From the NCBI RefSeq assembly GCF_006345805.1, contig NW_021835180.1, positions 1 through 42,255 on the forward strand: a stretch of 42,255 bases of DNA. The letters are read 5' to 3'. The stretch comes from Octopus sinensis (lineage: Eukaryota). The notes beneath the pieces are model-generated. The model was not told where the DNA came from. It searched no databases and worked only from the letters and a program-made list of their open reading frames with translations. Positions 1 to 9,584 of this stretch are shown here, piece after piece (positions within the stretch are counted from its first letter, which is position 1; each line of letters starts with the position of its first letter). A program made the position numbers and the translations under genes.

Positions 1-324
1 TTCTAGCTTCCGATGCAAAATCATCCACCTGGCCTCCCGTCCACCTGATTGCACCCAGCTTAGCGAAAGCTGTGTACTAAAAAATTCCGTGTATGCGTCA
101 CACAAGCGCCGCTCTATATTCCCATCGCAGAGCCGTTCTTTTTCATCCATTTCTAGGTAAAGCGACAACGCACTTCCTTCCAAATACAGGGCCATAAGAC
201 TCGCCACGTCGCTTATGCCCTGCAGTCTCGCCACCAGCCTGATTTTCTGAATCCAGGCCACTACATCGCCTTCGCCGTTAAAAGGTCTGACGACGTCACT
301 GGCGATCCTAATTTTTGCCGACAT
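1..324 (-). mobile_element. gag: Ty3/Gypsy LTR-retrotransposon gag, N-terminal part (runs off window start), with a frameshift near 79-84
   Basis: ATG at 324 reads MSAKIRIASDVVRPFNGEGDVVAWIQKIRLVARLQGISDVASLMALYLEGSALSLYLEMDEKERLCDGNIERRLCDAYTE. A shifted frame then gives YTAFAKLGAIRWTGGQVDDFASEAR. Both match the pattern I recall for invertebrate Gypsy Gag (FNGEGDVVAW..K..LVA.L....D.A....LYLEG.AL.LY ... A.GKL...WTG..VD.YA.E.RRL). Confidence 0.8.
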
Positions 325-347
325 CGTGTTGAAAAAAAATGTGAACG

Positions 348-433
348 CTGACTAATTGCCGAAATAGCTTGTGGTTGATGAGAGGAGCACAACGGAAAGA
401 GAAATAGGAAACAGAAGTGCAATGAGGTCTTAC
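348..433 (-). other. Candidate 86-nt intron in the gag 5' leader
   Basis: Donor CAG|GTAAGA at 434/433, a long pyrimidine tract, and candidate acceptors AAG (368), TAG (352) and CAG (348). Confidence 0.45.
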
Positions 434-548
434 CTGACAGGGGATGAAGTCGGATGGCCTTCAGCCAACTTGCTCGCCTGTTGTCGTCTCGGTGCCTTGC
501 TGGGGTCTGTCGCAACCGGTCGATGCCGCACGTGCGTTGAGTTTGTCG

Positions 549-647
549 CTTCCGCTTCCGCCGGCGCATGCGCCCTGCAAGACCTGTAAGCATCACTGCC
601 GCTCCCGCCCGTCCCGTCACACTCCTTCATCACCACACCAACTTCCG
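549..647. promoter_or_regulatory. CpG-rich promoter-like motif cluster (ETS-like CGGAAG x3, NRF1-like GCGCATGCGC)
   Basis: CTTCCG at 549-554 and 555-560, ACTTCCG at 641-647, and GCGCATGCGC at 564-573, in the most GC/CpG-rich part of the window. Confidence 0.4.
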
Positions 648-686
648 CTCCCGCCCGTCCCGTCACACTCCTTCATCACCACACCA
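599..686. repeat. Exact 42-bp direct repeat, period 46
   Basis: ccgctcccgcccgtcccgtcacactccttcatcaccacacca at 599-640 and 645-686. Confidence 0.95.
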
Positions 687-1014
687 CAGATACAAGGACG
701 GATCATTCGGAGTTTTCCATCCTCAGTCGAGTTCCAGATTACCTTTGCAATTTCGGCTGGTTATACTCACGATTGCTCCAATCTGGCCAGCCCCAAGGAA
801 AAATAAGCTAAGAGCATTACATTCCTTGGAAGAAAGCAGCGAATGTATACGAAACAAGAACGAAAAAACCCCAGAAATGTTACACAAATATAAATAACAG
901 GACATAACAACAGGTGTCTTTCGACTAAGGACGAATTAAATTAAGCTGGCGTGTGTGGAAGTAGAGCCTTACGGCAGGAACATAAGATTTAACAAGCACA
1001 GTAAGGAATATAGA

Positions 1015-1488
1015 TGTTGCACAGACAATAGTCCAACCAAGAAAGAAAGGTCGGGCCTGGCCGAACACCGGTCACGTGGGGAGAGAAGAGGGTATGGTAG
1101 AGGCAGAGGGATAGAAGAATTAAGGAGGGGCGAGAGAAAATGAAAGATACACAGTGAAGTGAAAGAGAGAAAGTGTGCATGAAGAGAAGGCCAGGAAATG
1201 TGAGAGAGGTGGAACGAAAGAATGAAGAGTGCGTGTTATAATTTTAGAACAGACAGGAAGTAGTTGTCATTATAGTACTCGGAGTTTCGAATGTCGGAGC
1301 GAAGAGATATGATGCATTCTCGTCAGCTATTAATGGCAACAGACGCTATGGGAAACCGTTGAATAAAAGGAAACTTCCTTTAATAAATAGAAAAAGAAAA
1401 AAACAGAAAAAAGTAAAACGATAATAAATACACCAACCATATCCTCACAATACATAAACATGAACCTCCTGCGTTCACGATGTCTACA
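1015..1488. mobile_element. LTR-like segment (TGTTGCACA...TGTCTACA); alternative left end at 878
   Basis: TG...CA ends, AATAAA motifs near the right end on +, non-microsatellite sequence ending abruptly at a microsatellite, and proximity to gag. No clear PBS or PPT and no second copy in the window. Confidence 0.35.
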
Positions 1489-1730
1489 TACGTACACACA
1501 CAAACATGTATATGTACATGCACATACACATACACATATATGTGTATGTACGTATTCATACATATATACATATTCACACACACACGCACACATGTATATA
1601 TGTATATGCGTATACATATACATATACATACATACGTACATACATACTACATACATACATACATACATACATACATACATTCATACATATATAATATATA
1701 TATATATATATATATAATATATATATTTAG
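1489..1730. repeat. Compound (CA/TA/TACA)n microsatellite, representative of dozens in the window
   Basis: Direct inspection. Confidence 0.95.
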
Positions 1731-1789
1731 AAAGTCTATGAGAGTTAATACAGTTTTTGAAGTGTAACGGTGATTTAAAATAAAAATTA

Positions 1790-1885
1790 GTTTAAAAAAT
1801 GTTATGAATTTTTTATGAGGATGTTACTAAACTTTTGGGGGGAAGTTTTTTTTTCTAGTGTGTGAGTGCTTTTCTTTAACCTTTT
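1790..1885 (-). repeat. Unclassified dispersed repeat; second copy at about 14090-14215 (+)
   Basis: The reverse complement matches ...ctcacaca(a)tag...cttcccccaaaagtttagtaacatcctcataaaa...ttcataaca at about 14100-14175. Confidence 0.7.
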
Positions 1886-2052
1886 CAAACACACGTGCTC
1901 TTAAAGAGCACGTATATGTGGATATATGCATGTGTGTGTGCGTGTGTCTGAATACATACACATACATGTATGCTCGTATATTGGTTCATGCCGGTCGAAT
2001 AAGATAGGTGCACTTATTACATGTTGTAGGAGATATAATTTTTCTTGTTACT

Positions 2053-2164
2053 GGAACTTAAAGTGCGAGTTTGTCCCGCGACTCAAGTTTCACGTAACTG
2101 TTCTCGCGTAAAGATTGCGTTGGTGTGAAACTCGAGTCGCAAGATAGATCTCAGTGTAAGTTTC
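2053..2164. ncRNA. Long imperfect fold-back; candidate pri-miRNA or MITE-derived hairpin
   Basis: Core stem 2078-2093/2125-2140 (15/16 bp) extends inward (taac/gttg) and outward (ggaactta 2053-2060 with taagtttc 2157-2164). Confidence 0.3.
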
Positions 2165-2564
2165 AATAAAACTATTCATACATGTATATATATATATATA
2201 TAATATATATATATATTATATATTATATATATATATATATATATGTAGGTATGTATGTATGTATGTATGTATATGTATGTATACAAGAGAGAGGGGGAAG
2301 AGAAAGAGGAGAGAGCCAGAGAGAAAGAGTGTGAGAGAAAGAGAGAGATAAAAATTAGAAATGAGATCCTGTTTAGAAAACCTTAAAATAATGACAACAG
2401 AAAGACAATTTGTTTTTATTTTTTCAAATAGCAATGTTAATTTCAGTTGTCGTTTAGAGAAGCAAATTATGAACGTTAGACGTTGAAAATGAGAAAAATA
2501 AAATCTTTTGAAGTGAAATTCAATAAGACGTTTCGTATTTCGTAAAGAGAGCATCAAAACTCAC

Positions 2565-2622
2565 GAGACCGTTTGGTATACAGATTGCTGGATGTATTCG
2601 GTGGGTCGCCCTTTGATATCTG
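2565..2622 (-). CDS. Candidate internal exon (58 or 55 nt) of an unidentified gene
   Basis: Acceptor ttttgttttgtgtcaaacAG(cAG), donor C|GTGAGT, open in two frames (DIKGRPTEYIQQSVYQTVS or QISKGDPPNTSSNLYTKRS). Confidence 0.25.
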
Positions 2623-3201
2623 CTGTTTGACACAAAACAAAACTGGCTTCTCTATCAACGCGAGGACTCAATGCCTACTTCTTTGCAAATATTTCTAGTT
2701 GTTGTTATTTAACCGTAGGTGGGCCCCTATCGAGGAAACAAACGAGCAAAGGCTCTCCTGTGATCAATTTAGTGTTCTTGCTCATTTAAAATTACATTAT
2801 CTTTGTTTGTCCAAACCGATAGAAATTTGGTTGCTATCTCTTGTAATCCGGATGACCATATCGTTGGCTTGCCATAATCAGAACTCATTGCTGAGACTTT
2901 GGTCACCGAAATTGATAACATGGTTGGATACAGAATTGGTCTTTGACTTATATGTAATTACAGTTCTTTCTTTCGTTCTTTGTTTTATTTGTTTGTTTCT
3001 TTTGTTTATGTTTCTTTCTTCTTTCTTCCCCCTCTCTCTGTTGCTGTATACATACGAACGCACACACACATGCATATATATATATATATGTGTATACACA
3101 CACATACATACGCACATATGCGTATGTACGTGTGGATGTACAGTGTTTTCATGTGTGCCTTTATTATATGTATGTATATATATATAAGTCACACATAAAA
3201 A

Positions 3202-3499
3202 CCACGGGCATATGGCGTAGTGGTTAAGAGCACAGGCTACTAACCTCAAGATTCCAAGTTCGATTGCAAGCAGTGACCTGAACAACAACACAATAATAAT
3301 AATAATATTAATAACATCAAAAAATATACCTTAGGAATGAGAACCCAGGTTCGAAATTTCCCCAAGACAGGAAGGTTGGAGGGTATATCAGCTGAAACGT
3401 GTTAACACCAGACAAGATGAGGACAAATATTCGTTGAATTTAAATAATGTAATAATGTAAATAATGCACATAATTCCTCATCTCTTAAATATAGAACTG
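3202..3499 (+). mobile_element. Composite retroposon: tRNA-like head + (AAC/AAT)n + Penelope-like tail with a decayed hammerhead fold
   Basis: A-box-like tggcgtagtgg and B-box-like gttcgatt in the head. The tail aligns with the copy at 33390-33668. The hammerhead remnant at 3366-3403 has lost the CUGA core. Confidence 0.75.
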
Positions 3500-4189
3500 T
3501 AATATGTACATATATGTAATAAACACACACACACAAACGCGCACGCACACTCATGCACATACATGTATAACTGAAGAGACTACTCTTCGTTTGCAAAGCT
3601 TGTTGGTTAACAAAAGCAAAGATCAACATTTATATGCAAAATTAATTACAAAATAATGCAAAGTACAATACACAGTAAAATGAAATAAGTAAAATTGATT
3701 CAAATAGTCTTTCATCGAATTTATCTTTTCTTTTCAAAATTCAATTTTTTTATTTACCACATGAATTAGATTTTTAATCGTTTCCGAATATTCTGGAAAA
3801 CAACGTTCAATATAAGCAATTGTATGTTTCCAGTACTTCAGACAATTAACCTCGTGATACGAAATTAAAAAAGTCTTTCAGTGTATACGTCTACACTACA
3901 TTTTCGAAAGCTTTCATCTTAGATAGTTATCAGGTGTCTTATTTAAAGATTCGATTTTGAATCGATGGTTGATTAAACATCCATATATCTCATCAGAATT
4001 TATTTATGATATAATTTTCCAGACAACTTAACCTTATATTTGCGCTGTATATTTTAAATAGTTTCAGTTATTCCATTCCTAAGTTTGAACTCTGGTCGGC
4101 ATTAGCTGTTCCATTCTCGAAAGTCTAAGAGATCATGGTTCAGTTTGGTTGCCAATGTGCTATTTATTTACTTACTCTTTTGCCCATTT

Positions 4190-4281
4190 ACTTGTTTCAG
4201 TCATTTGACTGTGGCCATGCTGGAGCACCACTTTTTAGTCGAACAAATAGACCCCTGGACTTATTCTTTGTAAGCCTGGTA
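4190..4281 (-). mobile_element. SINE family B 3' part, truncated at the palindrome junction
   Basis: ttcagtcatttgactgtggccatgctggagcacc...gacttattctttgtaagcctggta matches the family B copy at 29314-29733. Confidence 0.85.
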
Positions 4282-4677
4282 CTGAAAATCCGAGTAAGAG
4301 GCAAAGTGACTGCCACATCATGTAGAGGAAGTCTGAGTAAAAACATAGTGACTGTCATATCGTGTAGAGGAACAGATTGTTTTGAAATTTACAAGAATCG
4401 CAGATAAGTTCGATTTTTTGGAGATCCGGTGAAAAAGTCTTGAACTTACAAAATTTGTGTATGTCCTTATAAAACTGGATTACGAACTATAAGGACATAC
4501 ACAATTTTGTAAGTTCAAGACTTTTTCACCGGATCTCCAAAAAATCGAACTTATCTGCGATTCTGTAAATTTCAATAACAATCTGTTCCCTACACGATAT
4601 GACAGTCACTATGTTTTTTACTCAGACTTTCCTCTACATGATGTGGCAGTCACTTTGCCTCTTACTCGGATTTTCAG
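4282..4677. repeat. Near-perfect inverted repeat, 190-bp arms, 16-bp spacer
   Basis: Arms 4282-4471 and 4488-4677, spacer aaactggattacgaac. The differences I found are single-base indels only. Confidence 0.97.
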
Positions 4678-5130
4678 AAATTTTGCATGACTGTATCCGA
4701 AATTTCTTCATACAACTTGATCAAATATTCAATATGAGCTTTAGTAGACATGCATAAATTCTATAGGTTTAAAACCTTTCATCGGATCTCCATGAATCGA
4801 ACTTTCTTCAATGCGTTTAATCTTACAACTTCTTTTGTATCTACCCCTTTTGATGTTGGGAATTCTCTGATATTTTTTCGGCTGACGAGTACGAGCCATC
4901 TGTATTCACTGCATTTTTTGTAGCTTAATAAAGATGTCCTCGTACGAAACGATCGTACCGAGATTTTAATCATTCTTCTTGTTGCTTTCTCCTATTTATA
5001 ATCACCACCACTTGTCGTATGGTTAGCACCATATAGATATCCGGTGCATCCTAGTTAAGGACCATATTCATGTATTCTTTAGATATTCACTAGAATCTCA
5101 ATACTTTACCAAATATATATATTAATATAT

Positions 5131-5293
5131 ACGATGGGCTTCTTTGATTTTCCGTCTACCAAATCCACTAACAAGGCTTTGATCGGCCCGAGGCTATAGT
5201 AGAAGACACTTGCCCAAGATGCCACGCAGTGGGACTGAACCCAGAACCATGTAGATGGGAAGCAAACTTCTTACCACACGGCCACGCCTGCGC
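5131..5293 (-). mobile_element. SINE family B head (tRNA-like + CORE-like cttgggcaagtgtctt)
   Basis: Matches the other family B heads (39391-39548 and others). Confidence 0.9.
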
Positions 5294-5711
5294 CATAATT
5301 TTGTTTAATACATCTCGGCAAATTCAATTGTAGACATGCTAATCGTTGTTGTGTATGTCACAAGAAAATTCTTCTTCCTTCACGATGACTGTGTGTTCAG
5401 AGCACACTCGATTCATTGGACGATTCTAGGACACCGGTGTTTTGACATATTGCGTCTCGTTAATCAGAAAAAACCAGAACTTTGAATCTAAACAAGAACC
5501 GAAGATCTTGCTTAAAATTTCAGCGAACAAGTTGTTTGCTGGTCAGTGTTGATATCTGGCAATCAAAAAAATAACTCGTTATTTATACGGTGAACAGAAT
5601 GATGTGAGACGATGAATTGCATCGATGACTGTTGGCACATATTAAGAATATGTAACTCATCGTTTCAAATCTCCAATTTACTGTGCTAATAAGTAAGTTT
5701 ATGACTTTAGT

Positions 5712-6068
5712 TAAGGTGGCGAGGCTGGTAGAATGGTTAGCGCACCGGACAAGATGCTCAGCAGCATTTTGTCTGTCTTTAATCTCTGAGTTCAAATTCC
5801 ACTGCGGTCGACTTTACCTTTTATACTTCCGGTGTCGATAAAAATAAATACCAGTTGAACACTCGTCACTCGTTACTGCGCCGGACAAAATGCTTAGAGG
5901 CATTTCTTCCGGCTTTACAATCTGTGTTTAAACACTGCCATGGCCGATTTTGTCTTTCGTACTTTTGATATCCATAAAAGAAGTACCGCTTGAGCGCGGA
6001 GGTCGATGAAATCAACTAGATTCCTCCCGCAACATATCAGGCCTTGTACCTATAATAGAAAGAAATAT
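5712..6068 (+). mobile_element. SINE family A, diverged, with partial internal duplication
   Basis: Head ggtggcgag.ctggtagaatggttagcgcaccgg, tgagttcaaattcc and ...ccttgtacctataatagaaag tail, shared with the 38085-38990 copies. Confidence 0.8.
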
Positions 6069-6334
6069 TAACTTTAGTTTATAAATAAACTATTGCTTGT
6101 TCATATACGCTCTAGCAATATATTAATATCATGGAATAAGACACCTGGTATACATTGGATATCAAACTGATCGAAGCATAGAATAAATGTGGCTCTTGAC
6201 TGGACAAGCAAAAATATTTGTGTATGTCTAAGAACGAACTTATAACACACATATGCATAAATGCTTACGTACACACCTCGCTATACAGACGGTATTGAGT
6301 TAATTTTTGAGGATATAAGGCAGTTATATCTAGC

Positions 6335-6387
<53 letters not shown>

Positions 6388-6478
6388 TAGTTTTAAGTTA
6401 GCTTGTCTCTATGATTCAACTCTTTGCCTGGCGTCCATGCATGATACACATCACCAATTCCTTTTGCAACTTCTAGAG

Positions 6479-6500
6479 CAGGGGTCTCCTAAGTGGTCGA

Positions 6501-6561
<61 letters not shown>

Positions 6562-6838
6562 GAGTGAGAGAGCAGTTCATGCCATCAAAGTGACACTGGG
6601 GTAAAATATACGAAGCCCAGTATACCCATCATGACTACCCGTCTGATAAGGGTACACCAGGCACATGCATCACAGCCATATGTGCGCGACATGGTGATCT
6701 CATATCAAGATAAACAGCACATGACCTTGCAGGTGGGGCCCAGTTAGAATTTTCTTCAGGTTGAGTAACCCATCCCGCTCAAAAGGTCCCTGAATAAGGG
6801 TTGTTTAAGGAACAATGTTTCCAGAGGTTATTATTATT

Positions 6839-6874
<36 letters not shown>

Positions 6875-6976
6875 ATTGTTATTATTATCTATTTTCTTGT
6901 GCATGTCTGGGGGGTCGATGAGGGGGTCAAGGATTCCACGAAGAGGTGGATGGTGTAAAAAATGTGGGGACTCCTG
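6479..6976. mobile_element. hAT (Charlie-type) MITE with a nested insertion
   Basis: TIRs CAGGGGTCTCC / GGGGACTCCTG, and an 8-bp TSD ttctagag (6471-6478) / ctctagag (6977-6984) matching the NTCTAGAN target typical of Charlie. Confidence 0.75.
6502..6828 (-). mobile_element. 5'-truncated retroposon 3' end with (AAT)n tail, nested in the hAT MITE
   Basis: A non-microsatellite block at 6561-6828 abuts an (ATT)n run at 6502-6560 between the two MITE ends. Family not determined. Confidence 0.5.
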
Positions 6977-7089
6977 CTCTAGAGTAACTCGGGACTTATG
7001 GAAAGAAAGCTTTATATTACCCAGAACGTATGAAACCAAGGCCAAGTAAAAAGTCTGCAAACAAATATTGATTCTTCAGACCAACTTAC

Positions 7090-7128
7090 GAAAATGATTT
7101 GGACTGGCAAAGGATGATAGTGCTCCAA
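7090..7128 (-). CDS. Candidate 39-nt symmetric microexon
   Basis: Acceptor ataatttcgCAG, donor C|GTAAGT, reads GALSSFASPNHF or LEHYHPLPVQIIF. Confidence 0.3.
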
Positions 7129-7734
7129 CTGCGAAATTATTATTTATTTTTAGGTTAAATATATTTAGGACAAAATTTTTTTATTTGATAGTGATGTGAT
7201 ATCTGGTAGGTCACACATAATGCTAGAAATAACAGTCTGAGCGACCAGGTAAAGGATCGCTCATTTTCCCGAACGTTGCGAGTCACCTGGATGGTTGTCT
7301 GATTGATTGGACGATCGATAATCTACGCAGAAAAGCGTGCATGCGATGCAGGTTCAATACAACTGTTCGCTCATTTCACTTAACGGTCTCTTTCATAATC
7401 TCTTTTACAGTTATTATAACAATCGGCTGTCACCTTTAATTTGCAACGCAATTATTCGCAATCTTTGTTTAAAAACAGTACAAGTAAACTGTAAAATCTG
7501 GTAGAATTTCTTCTTTTGGGGTCGGTGTTTATGTGCTTGGCATTTAGTATGTGTGTCTATGGTCTGTGTGTTTGTATGAATGTATAAATTTATATATATA
7601 TTCTTTTATATGTTTATGTGTGTATGTGCGTGTGTGTATGTATATATAAATATACATTTATATATAAGTATATATATATATATACTTATATATAAATGTA
7701 TATTTATATATACATACACATATATATTCTTTTA

Positions 7735-7995
7735 TTCTTTTATTTGTTTCAGTAATTTAACTGCGGCCATGCAGGAGCATCGCCTTTTAGTCGAACAAAT
7801 CGACCCCAGGACTTATTCTTTGTGAGCCTAGTACTTATTCTATCGGTCCCTTTTAGTTACCGTCTGCTAAATCCATTCACAAGGCTTTGGTTTGGTCCGA
7901 GGCTATAGTAGAAGGCACTCGCTCAAAGTGCCACGCAGTGGGACTGAACCCGGAACCGTGTGGTTGGGAAGCAAGCTATGTACCACACAGCAACT
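7735..7995 (-). mobile_element. SINE family B, internally deleted
   Basis: Tail and head segments are joined directly at about 7850. Confidence 0.85.
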
Positions 7996-8104
7996 CCTCT
8001 GTATATGTATACATGTATATATATAGTTGAAATTTACAGAAAACAAAAGATGAAAACAGGTGTATAAACAACACGGTGTATTAGAGTTTAACGCTTGGAA
8101 GGTG

Positions 8105-8153
<49 letters not shown>

Positions 8154-8433
8154 CTATGTATGTGTATATATGTACATATATATGTATATATTATATATAT
8201 ATATTATATATATAATATATATATATATAATAAAATCAAAATAAGGGTGAAAAAATATATTAATTTAATAACATCAATTTAACACCAATCTATATTTTTA
8301 TTTTCATTTGTCCTGCTCGCTTACGTTCATAGTTTTGCTAAATTTTTCTTGAGAACAATTCTTAGTGGTTGAGACCATTGTGGATCTATTTTTTAGCGTA
8401 AGAGCGTCCACATAGTGGATTCTCTCTCATATT

Positions 8434-8502
<69 letters not shown>

Positions 8503-8634
8503 TATAATATATATATATCATACATACATACATGCATATATAACATATACATATATGTGTATATATACATACTTCTGTGTATATATATATATATGTGTGT
8601 GTGTGTTTGTGTGTGTTTGTGTTTATGTATATTT

Positions 8635-8972
8635 TTTTACTTGTTGCAGTCATTAGACTGCGGCCATACTGGGGCACCGCATTGAAGAATTTTTAGTTGA
8701 ATTTATCGACCCCCAGTATTTATTTTTTTAAAGTTTGGTACTTATTCTATCGGCTTTTTGCCGAACCGCTTGGTCACGGGGATGTAAATATACAAGCACC
8801 AGTTGTTAAGCATTCTTGGTGAGACAAAAACTGACACAAAACATATCAAATGACACACAGACATACACACACGTTCACACACACACAAATACACAATACA
8901 CGCCCGTATATAGATGTAGATACACGACGGGCTTCTTTCCGTTTCCGTCAACCAAATCCACTCACAAAGTTT
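8635..8972 (-). mobile_element. SINE family B, head truncated
   Basis: Family B tail + internal CA-rich tract + partial head. Confidence 0.85.
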
Positions 8973-9084
8973 TCATATATATATCTAATCTCTCACTATC
9001 TCTCTCTCCCTCTCACTCTCTCTCTCTAGCTCTCCTCCCTCCCTGTGTGTCAGTCTTTCTGTCTGTCTGTCTGTCTGTTGTCTG

Positions 9085-9228
<144 letters not shown>

Positions 9229-9246
9229 TCACAAGCCACTACACCT

Positions 9247-9400
9247 TCTTTATTTTCTCTCCTTGTTTCTTTCTATGTTCCTTTCTGTGGAAGAGCGTAG
9301 GCTCGAAACGTTAAAATTTTTTTCACTTTCCTAGCCTTATAAATATACATATGTTTGTTGTCTACACCACCTGTCTTCGTTATTTGTGAATTTTTTCTGT
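9247..9400 (+). mobile_element. Penelope-like non-autonomous element (family P2) with a minimal hammerhead-like fold at 9281-9316
   Basis: cttt CTGTGGA a gagc-gtag-gctc GAAAC GTT aaa. The flanks align with the copies at 13911-14080, 11200-11340 and 36190-36300. Confidence 0.7.
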
Positions 9401-9504
9401 GCGTGTATATATATATATACATACGCACTCACACATATTTACATGTATAGACATATGTGTTTATATTACAAACATATTTAGCATGTGTATACATACAACA
9501 TACA

Positions 9505-9584
<80 letters not shown>

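Noticed and set aside
430-666. 78-aa minus-strand ORF (MTGRAGAEVGVVMKECDG...) as a standalone gene
   Set aside because: Built partly from the 46-bp duplication. No acceptor gives a stop-free in-frame fusion to gag, and no domain is recognisable.
1893-1913. 9-bp hairpin (and a 10-bp one at 17404-17426)
   Set aside because: Short AT-rich stems with 3-nt loops and no CTRR end or other context, so expected by chance.
7190-7242. Possible C/D box snoRNA (GTGATGT...CTGA)
   Set aside because: Imperfect C box, only about 50 nt long, and no terminal stem.
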